64,000 bases of DNA from a candidate division FCPU426 bacterium (lineage in GTDB: Bacteria > Oederibacteriota > Muellerivitia > Muellerivitales > Muellerivitaceae). How positions within the stretch are numbered: the first letter of the stretch is position 1; each line of letters opens with the position of its first letter. Both the position numbers and the translations under genes were made by a program. The stretch lies in contig PLZG01000064.1 in the NCBI GenBank assembly GCA_003152075.1, forward strand, positions 31-64,030, written 5' to 3'. Under the pieces are notes generated by a model. That model was not told where the DNA came from and ran no database searches. It saw only the letters and a program-made list of their open reading frames with translations. Shown piece by piece: positions 17,326-27,520 of the stretch.

Positions 17326-19674
17326 CTAATTCTTTGCTTGGTCGATGAATTTGTCTAAAGATTGAATGGAAGGGTTTTTTTCTGAGGTCGGGTGAAGGTC
17401 TTTTAGCGCCTCGAAGTCGGCCAAGGCTTTTTTCTTCTCTTTCTCCGATAAATAAAGGATTCCCCGGCAATAGTAAGCCTCGGCGCTGGAAGTGTTCCCT
17501 CGGACGGCCTCGTCAATATCTTGGAAAGCCGTCTTTTTATCCCCTGATTTATAGGCGTCAAACGCCATTTGGGCCAAGACTTTGGAAGTAAAGGCCCGGT
17601 CTAATTTAAAAGAATTATCAATTTGTTGCTGTGCTTTATCTTCCTGCCCGGTTTTCTTTAAGGCCATGGCCCAGTTCAGGATAAAGAAGGGGCTGGCGGG
17701 TGCCCATTTGACCGCGTTGTCAAAGGCTTCTTCCGCTTTGGGCAAATACTGAGGGTCAGTTTGGCTCAGGTTGTTATAAATTCTCCCTTGGTCATTATAG
17801 TAGTAGGCGTTGGCGGGGCTCATTTCGGCGGATTTTTGATAGCAATGAAGAGCTTCCATTCTCCAATCCCGCGCGTGTTCGGTATCCAGCTGGGCCTTTT
17901 GCTCAAAAGCCAAACCCAAGTAAAGAAGGTACTTCACATCCAAGGGACAAAGCATGACGGCTTTCTTTAATTCCATAATTTCATAGTCAGAATATTCATT
18001 GAGGGAGCCCTGATCCATTTGAGGGTCTGGTTTCTTAAGCATTTCAGAAACAGCGCTTCCACGGCCAAAGGCAATGTCAGCGCCCAGGCGGGGAAGAGGG
18101 ATAAAAAGAATCAAGAAAATTAGAAGGACTATTATGGTTACTCGGATAAAGCGAGTTGGGCCGAAATAAGTTAGTTCGGGGGAAGTAGAAACGGTGTTTT
18201 TTCGATAAAAGTATTGAACGATCGCCAAATGGATAAACCAAAGGAAATTAATTTCCGCCACGCCAAAGCTGAATAGGTTTTGGACATGGTATGCCACCGC
18301 TGAAGCCAAAACCGCCGTTAGCAACCATTGGGCGGGAGGGTTGACGGATTGATAACTCTTCCACCACATATAGCCAAAGGCCAATAGAACACTTAAATAG
18401 GCCCCCAGCCCTAACAACCCCGTGGTGGCCGCCACTTGCAGGAGCTCGTTATGGGCCATGCGGGAGCTCATGAACATTCCATCAATCAAATTGAACTCGA
18501 TCCCGCTGTAAAAAGGGAAGGCGATTTTAAAGGTATCCAGACCCACCCCGACGATTGGATTTTTTTTGATAATTTGGATGGCGGGACGCCAGATATGTAA
18601 CCGGGAAGTTTCCAGGCTTTTTTGCACATGAACGATCGAATCGGACAAGCGGCCCACGAAAGAATGGCCAAATACCCCAATGAGTATGAGGAGGGCTAGG
18701 AGACAGGCTCCAAAATAAAGTTTAGGAATAGTTGCCATCTTTTGTCGAAACGGAGTTAACAAATCGCTTTTACGATAGGAAAGAATCAGCCAAAACCCGG
18801 TCCCTACCACGGCACCCAATAGCCCCCCACGGCTTGCGGTGCTGAAAAGTCCTAAACCAAAGACTGTTAAGCCGATGAGAAGGGTTTGCCAAGATTGAAA
18901 AAGGCGCAAACGGACAAAGGTTATGGAGAGGAGGGCTAAGCCAAGTGTTCTGGCGGGAAAACTCAAGGCGCTAGAGGGGGTTAAGTTGAGAAGGGAAAGG
19001 CCTTTGGGTGTGCCCAGCAATAATAAAAAAATGCCTAGAAGCCCAATAAAACTCCAAAAGGGCCCCGGTTGGCGGGTTGGGACCGGCCCTTGGGAAAAGG
19101 CTTTTAGGGAGACGCATAAATATAGGGGAATCGACATGGCTAGGTAGGCAGAAAGGAAATTGGGGTTGCCCAGTGAGGCGAATTCACGGGTTGAGTTTAC
19201 CGATTCAGGGTTCCAATGGATGAAATCAAACCCGTAATGCTGGCCGATGGCGTAAAGCGAAGAGAGAAAGGCCGCCAGGGAGTTAAAGTAAAATATTTTC
19301 TCGATTTTCGTGTCGTTTAATAACCGGTTGAGGGCCCAAAACCATAAAAAATAAGCAGTAAGCGTGGTTAATCCCGCGAAATTCTCGTAGTCCCCTAAAA
19401 GGCTGGTTCGCCAACTCAAACTGTTCGCGGGAAGCGAGGAAAGGGCTTGCGTCATGAAGAAGGCGCCAAGGGACCAGGTGAGAGGCGTTGATGGAAATGA
19501 ATTGTTCTCTTTCAGTTGAAAATAGAGGAGCGGAAGCGTGAGAAGAAGAAGAAAAGTCAGCTTAGGGAGTTCAAATTGGTCCCGGCTTTGGGTGAAAAAT
19601 AAAAGCGGGGTGAGAAAAACGGCCAAAACAGTTAAAAGATCGAGCAATTTGTTGGTTATTCGGGAATTTGACAA
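17326..19674 (-). CDS. O-antigen ligase (Wzy_C)-family membrane protein with C-terminal TPR repeats
   Basis: SLGNPNFLSAYL, TASRGG, R..IW...PIVGVG, AHNELLQ; TPR-like helices at the C-terminus. Confidence 0.9.
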   Translation of the reverse strand: MSNSRITNKLLDLLTVLAVFLTPLLFFTQSRDQFELPKLTFLLLLTLPLLYFQLKENNSFPSTPLTWSLGAFFMTQALSSLPANSLSWRTSLLGDYENFAGLTTLTAYFLWFWALNRLLNDTKIEKIFYFNSLAAFLSSLYAIGQHYGFDFIHWNPESVNSTREFASLGNPNFLSAYLAMSIPLYLCVSLKAFSQGPVPTRQPGPFWSFIGLLGIFLLLLGTPKGLSLLNLTPSSALSFPARTLGLALLSITFVRLRLFQSWQTLLIGLTVFGLGLFSTASRGGLLGAVVGTGFWLILSYRKSDLLTPFRQKMATIPKLYFGACLLALLILIGVFGHSFVGRLSDSIVHVQKSLETSRLHIWRPAIQIIKKNPIVGVGLDTFKIAFPFYSGIEFNLIDGMFMSSRMAHNELLQVAATTGLLGLGAYLSVLLAFGYMWWKSYQSVNPPAQWLLTAVLASAVAYHVQNLFSFGVAEINFLWFIHLAIVQYFYRKNTVSTSPELTYFGPTRFIRVTIIVLLIFLILFIPLPRLGADIAFGRGSAVSEMLKKPDPQMDQGSLNEYSDYEIMELKKAVMLCPLDVKYLLYLGLAFEQKAQLDTEHARDWRMEALHCYQKSAEMSPANAYYYNDQGRIYNNLSQTDPQYLPKAEEAFDNAVKWAPASPFFILNWAMALKKTGQEDKAQQQIDNSFKLDRAFTSKVLAQMAFDAYKSGDKKTAFQDIDEAVRGNTSSAEAYYCRGILYLSEKEKKKALADFEALKDLHPTSEKNPSIQSLDKFIDQAKN

Positions 19675-19796
19675 AGACGATATCCTTTTGAATGAGAAGA
19701 AAAAAATATTTTATCACCGACAGGTTAAAAAATATTTTTCGCGCCCGTTGTGTTTCTAAAAAAATTCTTCTAAGCGGTTAAAAACCCTTTATTTCC

Positions 19797-19824
19797 TTGA
19801 CAGTATAACGGTTAGATTTATACT
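19797..19824 (+). promoter_or_regulatory. Sigma70-type promoter for speE
   Basis: TTGACA-16 nt-TATACT about 50 bp upstream of the speE start. Confidence 0.6.
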
Positions 19825-19874
19825 TAAGAAAATTCCTAACAAATTTTTTAATTTTCTAAATGGAGTCCCATTTC

Positions 19875-20819
19875 ATGAGCGATACGATCAGCCCGCATTG
19901 GCATATTGAATTTTTCGCCCCTGATGAAGCCCATATGCGCGGGATCTCCAAGATTTACGCTTCCGAGAAAACCCCCTTTCAACAAGTTGAAGTCATTCAA
20001 TCCAACCATTACGGCAAATGCCTGATCCTGGACGGCCATATGCAATCGGCCCAAGTGGATGAGTTCATTTACCACGAAAACCTCGTTCATCCGGCCATGG
20101 TGGCCTGTCCCAACCCCAAAAAGGTAGTCATTATCGGCGGGGGGGAAGGGGCTACGCTTTATGAGGTCTTGAGGCACAATACGGTCGAAAAAGCCTGGAT
20201 GATCGACATCGACAAGCGCGTTGTGGAATTGTGCGATGAATATATGCCCGAGTGGCACAGGGGCGCCTTTAAGGATAAAAGGACGATCCTGATGTTTAAG
20301 GACGGCCGGAAATTCCTTGAAAAGAGCAAGGAAAAGTTCGACGTGATCATCATTGATATACCCGAACCCGTTGAGGCGGGACCCGCTTATTTGCTTTATA
20401 CGGAAGAGTTTTACCGAATGGTGGCGGAGAAGCTTTCGGATAACGGTATCGTGTCGCTTCAATCGGGCTGCTCGGCGGAAAAAGAGCTCCTTTGCCTGGC
20501 CGCGGTTCATAACACCCTTAAAAAGGTTTTTCCGTTGGTCTATTCCTGGCCGGCGAACGTGCCTTCCTTCGATATTCCCTGGAGTTTCACCATTGCTTCC
20601 AAATCGGTGGACCCTAAGGCCTTGAAGCGTGACCAGGTGGATAAGATATTGAAAGAACGAAAAATCGGTCATTTGAAATATTACGACGGGGAAACCCATG
20701 AGGGCCTATTTTTCATCCCCAAGTACATCCGGGATGGGTTTGTTAAGATCAAGGACATCATCCGCGATAATAAACCTCTCACTTACCGTTTCATTGGAGA
20801 GGAAAAGAGCTCAAGGTAA
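19875..20819 (+). CDS. speE: Polyamine aminopropyltransferase (spermidine synthase)
   Basis: LILDG.MQS..DEFIYHE.LVHP, IIGGGEG, DIDKRVV, FDVIIID. Confidence 0.95.
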   Translation: MSDTISPHWHIEFFAPDEAHMRGISKIYASEKTPFQQVEVIQSNHYGKCLILDGHMQSAQVDEFIYHENLVHPAMVACPNPKKVVIIGGGEGATLYEVLRHNTVEKAWMIDIDKRVVELCDEYMPEWHRGAFKDKRTILMFKDGRKFLEKSKEKFDVIIIDIPEPVEAGPAYLLYTEEFYRMVAEKLSDNGIVSLQSGCSAEKELLCLAAVHNTLKKVFPLVYSWPANVPSFDIPWSFTIASKSVDPKALKRDQVDKILKERKIGHLKYYDGETHEGLFFIPKYIRDGFVKIKDIIRDNKPLTYRFIGEEKSSR

Positions 20820-21040
20820 AGTCCTATACGAAGGCCAGGATAAAACTACGCTAATTGAAGGACCGCAAGTTAGGCGAATTTAAATATTAAAACGGCGAGA
20901 CCCTTGTGGGGATGTCCCCTAGGACGGATTCGCCAAGGTCAAAGACGCGATCCGGGACGACAACAACCCGGGCTACCGTTTCATTGGAGAGGAGAAGAAC
21001 ACTAAATAAATGTCCCTATACGACGGCCAAGATAAAACCC
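20732..21040 (+). repeat. Diverged duplication (190-bp offset) of the speE-stop/decarboxylase-start junction
   Basis: 20733-20847 encodes DGFVKIKDIIRDNKPLTYRFIGEEKSSR* + LYEGQDKT; 20923-21039 encodes DGFAKVKDAIRDDNNPGYRFIGEEKNTK* + MSLYDGQDKT. Confidence 0.9.
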
Positions 21041-22527
21041 CCCTCTTCGACGCCATTGTCCGCTACGCCAACGAAAACAAAATTTCCTTCCATACCCCCG
21101 GCCATAAGCACGGCGTTGGAATCCACAAGATTTTCCGCCAATTTGTCGGCGAAAAGGTTTTCCGCCTAGATCTTTCCGTCATGAGCGAGGTGGACTCCCT
21201 CCATGAGCCCAGTTCGGTTATCAAGGAAGCTCAAGTGCTGGCCGCAAAGGCCTACGGCGCCGAATATTCTTTTTTCCTCGTCAATGGCACCACGGGCGGC
21301 AACCAGGCCATGATCCTTTCGGTGTGCGACCCGGGCGACAAGATCATCATTCCCCGAAACGCCCATAAATCCGTCATCTCGGCTGTCATCTTGGCGGGGG
21401 CGGAGCCGGTTTATGTGATGCCGAAAATCGATGAAGTATCCGACCTGATCCTCAACTTGACGCCCGAACAGGTGGAGGAAGCCTGTCGCCAGCACCCGGA
21501 TGCCAAAGCCGTGTTGATTACCAGCCCGACTTATTTTGGCCTAACGGCCGACTTGGAAGCCATCGCGGAGATCGTCCACCAATACGACAAGATCCTTCTT
21601 GTGGACGAGGCCCATGGGGGACACCTTCACTTCCATCCCTCATTCCCGAAATCCGCCATCGATTCGGGAGCTGACATGTGCGTTCAATCCACCCACAAGC
21701 ACTTGGCGGCATTAAGCCAGGGTTCCATGCTTCACGTAAAGGGAGTCCGGGTGGACATCCTTCGGTTGAAAACTACCCTCCAGATGCTTCAAACCACAAG
21801 CCCCTCCTATGTCATTCTTGGCTCCCTCGACCTTTCCCGTTATCAAATGGTTCATGAGGGCGAGAAGTTGATGGCGGGGGTGATAGACCTTTGCGAAAAA
21901 GCCCGGGCCGAGATCAACGGGATTCCCGGTCTCACCTGCCTGACCCGGGAGCAAGTCCGCAAGATCCCCTCCCTGGACCTGGACGTCACCAAATTAACCA
22001 TCTCCACCAAAGGCCTGTGCACTGGTTACGACATGGCAAAGATTCTCAATTCCGAATACGGGATTCAAACCGAGATGTCGGACTTCCAGAATATCCTTCT
22101 TTTCGTTTCCCTCGGGAACACCCCCAAGGAACTCAAGAGGTTCGTGAAAGCCTTGAAAAAGATCGTCGTGGATTACAAGGACATGTTCATGAACTTGAAG
22201 AAGCGCAAAAGGATCGTTTTTCCCACTTTTATCCCTCGGAAGGAATTAAATCCACGGGAAGCCCTGACCAAATTAACCCGCAAGATCCCCTTCAAACGGT
22301 CGGTGGGAAAGGTCTGCGCGGAAATTATCTGTCCCTATCCCCCCGGCATTCCGGTGCTTTGCCCCGGGGAAGTTGTCACCCAGGAGATTTACAACTACCT
22401 GATGAGCGTTTTGGACTCTGGCGCGAGGATTAACGGCCAATCGGATGGCCGGTTGCAGACCATCAAAGTTTTAGAGGACCTCCCCACCACCGGCTTAGGA
22501 CAGAAAAAGCTTTTTGCTATTGGATAA
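21010..22527 (+). CDS. PLP-dependent Orn/Lys/Arg decarboxylase (probably arginine decarboxylase)
   Basis: FHTPGHK, VNGTT, RNAHKS, VDEAHG, QSTHK (PLP Lys), TTSPSY, PYPPGIP. Confidence 0.93.
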   Translation: MSLYDGQDKTPLFDAIVRYANENKISFHTPGHKHGVGIHKIFRQFVGEKVFRLDLSVMSEVDSLHEPSSVIKEAQVLAAKAYGAEYSFFLVNGTTGGNQAMILSVCDPGDKIIIPRNAHKSVISAVILAGAEPVYVMPKIDEVSDLILNLTPEQVEEACRQHPDAKAVLITSPTYFGLTADLEAIAEIVHQYDKILLVDEAHGGHLHFHPSFPKSAIDSGADMCVQSTHKHLAALSQGSMLHVKGVRVDILRLKTTLQMLQTTSPSYVILGSLDLSRYQMVHEGEKLMAGVIDLCEKARAEINGIPGLTCLTREQVRKIPSLDLDVTKLTISTKGLCTGYDMAKILNSEYGIQTEMSDFQNILLFVSLGNTPKELKRFVKALKKIVVDYKDMFMNLKKRKRIVFPTFIPRKELNPREALTKLTRKIPFKRSVGKVCAEIICPYPPGIPVLCPGEVVTQEIYNYLMSVLDSGARINGQSDGRLQTIKVLEDLPTTGLGQKKLFAIG

Positions 22528-22646
22528 AACCCGTTGTCCGTCCTTCGTCGTCTGTTTTCGCTAAGGTTGGAAAAGACTAAGATTCCTCCCTTGATTATGA
22601 CGAAGGACGGATGACGAACGACGTATTCTCATTCGCAGGAGTTTTC

Positions 22647-23309
22647 ATGGCCCCTCTGCAGGACGCTTTATCCAAATTACGCGAAAACAAAGCCGTCTAT
22701 CTGCGGCGGGTTGGCACAACGAAATGGGAAAAAAGTCGTGTGGAAACGGTATTGGGGAAAATAATTCATGTGGCCCATCCTACCGAGAAGGGGCGGTTAT
22801 GGTCCATTTCCGCCAAGGAAAACCTGGAAATCGGTTTTTCCGCCGGAGAAGAGTTTTACAGATTTTTGAGCGCGGTGCTGGAAGTCCGGCGCAAGCCAGT
22901 GCCCCTGCTGATCCTGCAGAGACCCTCCGGGAGTGAACTGGTCCAGGTCCAGCGACGAAGGTCTCCCCGGGTTAATTCCCTTATCCCCCTATCCTATGAA
23001 ATCATGGGAGGGGTTGGCTTGATGACGACCCGCCATACCTTGGCTCTCAGCTTAAGCGCCAGCGGCCTATCCTTTAATTCCCCCGAACCTATCTCCCCTG
23101 AAATCGGGTTAAGGATTGAGATTCAAATTCCGAATGTTACCGGAAGCCTATCGACAAGGGGAGAGGTCGTCGCCTGTTCCAAGGTTTTGCATTCAAGGGA
23201 AGAACGCTACAAAATCCGGGTCAAATTCGACCTGATTTCCGCCTCGAACCGGGTTCGGATCAATGAGTTTGTGCGTCACAAAACGGAAGCCCAAAAGGCC
23301 AGGGAATAG
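22647..23309 (+). CDS. YcgR-like flagellar-brake/PilZ protein
   Basis: QRRRSPR and SLSASG motifs after a PilZN-like N-terminus. Confidence 0.85.
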   Translation: MAPLQDALSKLRENKAVYLRRVGTTKWEKSRVETVLGKIIHVAHPTEKGRLWSISAKENLEIGFSAGEEFYRFLSAVLEVRRKPVPLLILQRPSGSELVQVQRRRSPRVNSLIPLSYEIMGGVGLMTTRHTLALSLSASGLSFNSPEPISPEIGLRIEIQIPNVTGSLSTRGEVVACSKVLHSREERYKIRVKFDLISASNRVRINEFVRHKTEAQKARE

Positions 23310-23319
23310 CAAAGACGTT

Positions 23320-24399
23320 TTATTTCGCCATGTCCTTGGAGAGGGCGTTTAGGTACGCCATAATCGAGTCCTTGGCCGTGTTGTCGATTCCAGCTTTTAG
23401 TTTCATCTTGGCCATAATTTTATCCCATCCATCCATCGTGAATTCCGCCGGCTCATGAATCGAGTGGCACTTTTGGCAGTTATTTGAGTAAAGTTCCCTG
23501 CCTTTTATTAAGTCCTCCAAACTTACCGCATTCGTAATTTTTGATAACCGTTCGGCATCCATTTCGTTAGGCATTGGCAAGAAAACATTTTTAGGCGCGG
23601 GGTTGGCATCCAAGGCGATGGAAAATCCAAGTTGGATTTGTGTTCGCTGGCTGTTGAGCAGGTCCAATCCCGAACCCCGAAAATTGACGAGCTGGGGCAA
23701 GAAGGTGAGGGTGGCCCACCAATCTTCCCCCGAATAGGATAGGACGGGCCCGGCCGAGAAGAGGGAAGCGGTTATTGGGGAGGCGGTGTCATACCAGAAG
23801 TTCCAATATTGGACTTCCAGGCCACAGAAAAACCGCTCTGAAACGAGGAAGTAGCCGAAGCCAATAGAAGGAATGATTGAAAAACCCAAGGTGTTGTGTA
23901 TGTAGTGAAATTCCGGCTCGTTGGTAAGGTTGAAGGTCCAGAGCCAGTTGCCCATTCTTTTATCCAAGATCACCTTCGTCTCAAGTTCATATTCGTCCGG
24001 CTTGAAGCCATTTTCCAGGTATAATCCCAAGCCGAAGTCGTCCGTTAAATTGTCCATCAGCTTGAATTTCCATTCGTTTGAAATGCCATCGGCCAGGAAA
24101 CTGTTTTTAATCTTTCCGGTCCCGTCGTCGGCCATTTCCTGGGTGAAATTCAGGTAAAGGGAAGTTTGAACGCCTCCCCCCAGGCCCAACTCGAATTCCA
24201 ATCGCTGGTCTAGCGCCGAGTAATATCGATCCCGGCCAAACCTGTAATCCGAATAGGTTTCCAATTCTTTCTGACCGCTTTGCAGAATGGGTGACTCATA
24301 ACTGAAACCAAAATGCCTTTCGCTGGCAAAAGAAGGCAGGCCGGCCAGGCCAAGGGCAACAGCCAATCCGCAACAATGGGTAAAAAATCTGAGACCCAT
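23320..24399 (-). CDS. Exported beta-barrel-like protein (DUF6662-like) fused to a C-terminal monoheme cytochrome c
   Basis: Signal peptide; amphipathic beta-strand pattern (FGFSYES...ELE...); GRELYSNNCQKCH with a downstream Met (KIMAKM). Confidence 0.75.
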   Translation of the reverse strand: MGLRFFTHCCGLAVALGLAGLPSFASERHFGFSYESPILQSGQKELETYSDYRFGRDRYYSALDQRLEFELGLGGGVQTSLYLNFTQEMADDGTGKIKNSFLADGISNEWKFKLMDNLTDDFGLGLYLENGFKPDEYELETKVILDKRMGNWLWTFNLTNEPEFHYIHNTLGFSIIPSIGFGYFLVSERFFCGLEVQYWNFWYDTASPITASLFSAGPVLSYSGEDWWATLTFLPQLVNFRGSGLDLLNSQRTQIQLGFSIALDANPAPKNVFLPMPNEMDAERLSKITNAVSLEDLIKGRELYSNNCQKCHSIHEPAEFTMDGWDKIMAKMKLKAGIDNTAKDSIMAYLNALSKDMAK

Positions 24400-24439
24400 A
24401 GAAACTCCTTTTGATTAATTCAAAACATTTTCGATGTAT

Positions 24440-24463
24440 GATATTGATAATCATTATCAATAT
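24440..24463. promoter_or_regulatory. Fur box
   Basis: GATATTGATAATCATTATC is 18/19 to the consensus GATAATGATAATCATTATC; 23-bp palindrome at 24441-24463, about 41 bp upstream of the 24399 start. Confidence 0.88.
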
Positions 24464-24512
24464 AGGGGCGCAAATGTCAAACTAGATTTTTTTCTTAAGA
24501 AAAAAAGGCGGG

Positions 24513-25613
24513 TTAGACGGCGGCTTTTTGGACTTCGTGGAAACTCCGGACGCAATTGCGGCCGCTGGCTTTGGCCTCATACATAGCCTTGTCGGCCCGA
24601 TCGATGAATGTCACACTTCCGATTCCCTCGGCGCTTTCGTAAGTGTCCACTCCGATACTCACGGAAACTTGAAGGGTGCGGCCCCTTACCATGACCTCAT
24701 AGTGGCTCAAAACTTCCTGGATGCGGTGGGCCAAGATCATGGCGCCTTCCTGCGCTGTAGCGGGTAACACGGCCACAAATTCGTCCCCGGCGTAACGCGC
24801 CACTAAATCCGTGGTCCGGAAAAGGGAGGAAAGTTTTTGGGAAATCTGTTTCAAGAATTGATCGCCGATGGAATGGCCGAAGGAGTCGTTAATTTCCTTG
24901 AAATGGTCGATATCAATGAAAATAAGCGAGAGGGACTGCCGGTAGCGCTTGGCTCGATTAAGCTCGTAATCCAGTATCTGGTTAAAGTAGCGGCGATTGT
25001 AAAGCCCGGTTAAGGTATCCCGAAGGGCCATTTCTTCCACTTTGGCGAAAAGTTTCGCGTTTTCAATGGTTAAAGCGGCTTGGCGTGAAAAAATGAAAAG
25101 GATTTCCTGGTGTAATAGGGCGGAAGTTTTTTCATATACCAAAAGCCCAACCATTTGATCCCGGATTTCCAAGGCCACCAGCTCTGCGTTTTTGAGTTCC
25201 AGATCTTTCTCGACCAGGAGAGCCAAACTGCTTTTTTCAAAATTAGGGTTAGCCGCGTGGACCGGTGAGATATTCGTCCTGAGCAGATCCGATTCTTCCT
25301 CAAGAGTTAAAAGAAAATTGGTTTCCGATAATTTTTTGTCGTTAAGGCCAATGGCCGCGCTTCCCTTTAAACTGAAGGAGGATTCGTCCTTGATGAAGAT
25401 AGCCGCTTTAGAAATTCCGGTCCCGCTCTTGAGGCCCCTCAGGATTGATTTAAGGAGGGAAGACAAAGGTTTAGAGAATTGGAGTTCGGCGCTGGCATGA
25501 TACAATGACATGAGACCCTGGTTCAGGGTAGCCATTTGGTTGCTCAATGAATCATTTTGAGCCGGGGCAACGGCTTTAGCGCTTTGAGAAGCGCCTGGTT
25601 TCTTCGTAGGCAA
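24513..25613 (-). CDS. GAF-like sensor + diguanylate cyclase
   Basis: DTLTGLYNRR, DIDHFKEINDSFGH, RTTD I-site, RYAGDEF variant active site. Confidence 0.92.
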   Translation of the reverse strand: MPTKKPGASQSAKAVAPAQNDSLSNQMATLNQGLMSLYHASAELQFSKPLSSLLKSILRGLKSGTGISKAAIFIKDESSFSLKGSAAIGLNDKKLSETNFLLTLEEESDLLRTNISPVHAANPNFEKSSLALLVEKDLELKNAELVALEIRDQMVGLLVYEKTSALLHQEILFIFSRQAALTIENAKLFAKVEEMALRDTLTGLYNRRYFNQILDYELNRAKRYRQSLSLIFIDIDHFKEINDSFGHSIGDQFLKQISQKLSSLFRTTDLVARYAGDEFVAVLPATAQEGAMILAHRIQEVLSHYEVMVRGRTLQVSVSIGVDTYESAEGIGSVTFIDRADKAMYEAKASGRNCVRSFHEVQKAAV

Positions 25614-25840
25614 TTTATTTTCCCGTTATTTCAAAACAGGTTTTGGCGTTGATGTGGAATAGTTAGGGGTTATTATGCGGTAAAGGCTTTCTCTGGGGTA
25701 GCCAAAAAACAGTCAGATTTGGAAAATGTTTTCCCCTAGATTCTTCAGTTTTAGCTGTTTTTAGTGCACTAAAATGGAAGCAATATTTTAGCCTTTTCTT
25801 AAATGGGATGAGCGTTAATCTGGGGCATGAAAGGGGTTTC

Positions 25841-26854
25841 ATGGCGATCAAAAAATCCACACTCCTGATTACCGGCGGAGCTGGTTATATCGGCAGCCAT
25901 GCGGCTTTGGAAGCCGACCGGCACGGCTTCAAACCGGTCCTATTCGATAATTTGTCCATGGGTCATTCCTGGGCGGCCAAAAGCGGGGAATTGGTGAAGG
26001 GGGAGTTGGCTGATCGGGCAAAGCTTTTGAAGGTTTTTGGAAAATTCAAGCCGGTGGCGGTCATGCATTTCGCGTCCCATACTTACGTGGGTGAGTCGGT
26101 TACTGATCCCCAGAAGTATTACCGAGACAACCTAACCAATGCCATGAACCTTTTTTCCGTTATGCTTGAAAAAAATGTCAACTATTTCATTCTTTCCTCT
26201 ACTTGCGCGACATATGGTAACCCGGTTCAAGTTCCCATGCCGGAAACCCATCCTCAGAACCCTGTAAACCCCTATGGTGATTCCAAGTTAATGCTGGAAA
26301 AGATCCTGACTTGGTATGACAAGGCTTATGGATTGAAATCGACATTCCTAAGATATTTCAACGCGGCAGGGGCGGATGAATCGGGATCCATTGGAGAGGT
26401 TCATGACCCTGAGACCCACTTGATTCCCTTGGTTTTAGACGTCGCCATGGGTCGCCGAAAAAACATCACTGTTTTCGGAACGGATTATCCCACCCCCGAT
26501 GGCACCTGCGTTCGAGATTACATTCATGTGACAGACCTAGCCGGGGCCCATTTCCTCGCCCTCCAAAGGATGTTGGAAACGAGCAATAGCGACTTTTTCA
26601 ATCTGGGCACGGGAAAAGGTTATTCGGTGAAAGAGGTCATAACGGAAGCCGAAAAGGTTACGGGTAAGAAAATCTCGGTAGAATTTGGTGCTCGACGGGC
26701 GGGTGATCCGCCCGAACTGGTAGCAAAGGCGGATAAAGCAAAAACAATATTGAAATGGGTTCCCCAACATTCCAGCCTGGAAAATATCCTGAGAACTGCC
26801 TGGAAATGGAACCAGGGTTATTTTGGCAAGAAAATCGGGAAGAACAAAAAATAA
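25841..26854 (+). CDS. galE: UDP-glucose 4-epimerase
   Basis: TGGAGYIGSH, YGDSK, LRYFNAAGA, DGTCVRDYIHV. Confidence 0.96.
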   Translation: MAIKKSTLLITGGAGYIGSHAALEADRHGFKPVLFDNLSMGHSWAAKSGELVKGELADRAKLLKVFGKFKPVAVMHFASHTYVGESVTDPQKYYRDNLTNAMNLFSVMLEKNVNYFILSSTCATYGNPVQVPMPETHPQNPVNPYGDSKLMLEKILTWYDKAYGLKSTFLRYFNAAGADESGSIGEVHDPETHLIPLVLDVAMGRRKNITVFGTDYPTPDGTCVRDYIHVTDLAGAHFLALQRMLETSNSDFFNLGTGKGYSVKEVITEAEKVTGKKISVEFGARRAGDPPELVAKADKAKTILKWVPQHSSLENILRTAWKWNQGYFGKKIGKNKK

Positions 26855-26869
26855 GTAACTGCCAGCTGG

Positions 26870-27415
26870 TTACTTAAAAAATTTTTCCCGATAAAACTTC
26901 AGCTCCTCCACCGTCTCCAAAATGTCGTCCAAGGCCTTGTGCTTTTGTTTTTTGTTGGGCGCCTGGAACTCAGGCCCGTACCAGCGTTTGACCAATTCCT
27001 TGATCGTGCTCACGTCCACCAGGCGATAGTGCAAATAACTTTCCAATTTTGGCATATATTCAATGAGGAAACGCCGATCCTGGTAAATAGTGTTGCCGCA
27101 AAGGGGACTGCTCTTCGGTTTGCAATGTTGGGCGATGAAATCCAGCGTCTGTTGCTCGGCCTCAGCCAGTGTGATTTTCGAATTTTTTACCGCCTCGGTG
27201 AGCCCCGAATCCTTGTGGTGTTTTTTGTTCCAATCATCCATGCCCTCCAGCACCGAATCGGGCTGGTGGACGACCAACGCCGGCCCCTGGGCCAGGAGAT
27301 TCAAGTTCTTGTCCGTGATGAGGGTGGCGATTTCCAGGATGACGCAGGTCTTGGGATCCAGGCCGGACATCTCCAGGTCCATCCACACCAGGTTGGTTTC
27401 TGCTTCAGCGGGCAT
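26870..27415 (-). CDS. orn: Oligoribonuclease
   Basis: LVWMDLEMSGL, PLCGN, HYRLVDVSTIKEL, HKALDDI.E. Confidence 0.96.
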   Translation of the reverse strand: MPAEAETNLVWMDLEMSGLDPKTCVILEIATLITDKNLNLLAQGPALVVHQPDSVLEGMDDWNKKHHKDSGLTEAVKNSKITLAEAEQQTLDFIAQHCKPKSSPLCGNTIYQDRRFLIEYMPKLESYLHYRLVDVSTIKELVKRWYGPEFQAPNKKQKHKALDDILETVEELKFYREKFFK

Positions 27416-27469
27416 TGGGATTCCTTTTTATTAATTGAATGGATGGCATTTTACTGGATCGGGTGAAAT

Positions 27470-27499
27470 AAAAAAGCCCCTTCCCAAAAGGAAAGGGGC
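27470..27499 (-). terminator. Intrinsic terminator after the YbhB/YbcL gene
   Basis: GCCCCTTTCC-TTTT-GGGAAGGGGC followed by a T-run on the minus strand. Confidence 0.7.
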
Positions 27500-27520
27500 C
27501 GTGCTCCAACATTCAAATTT

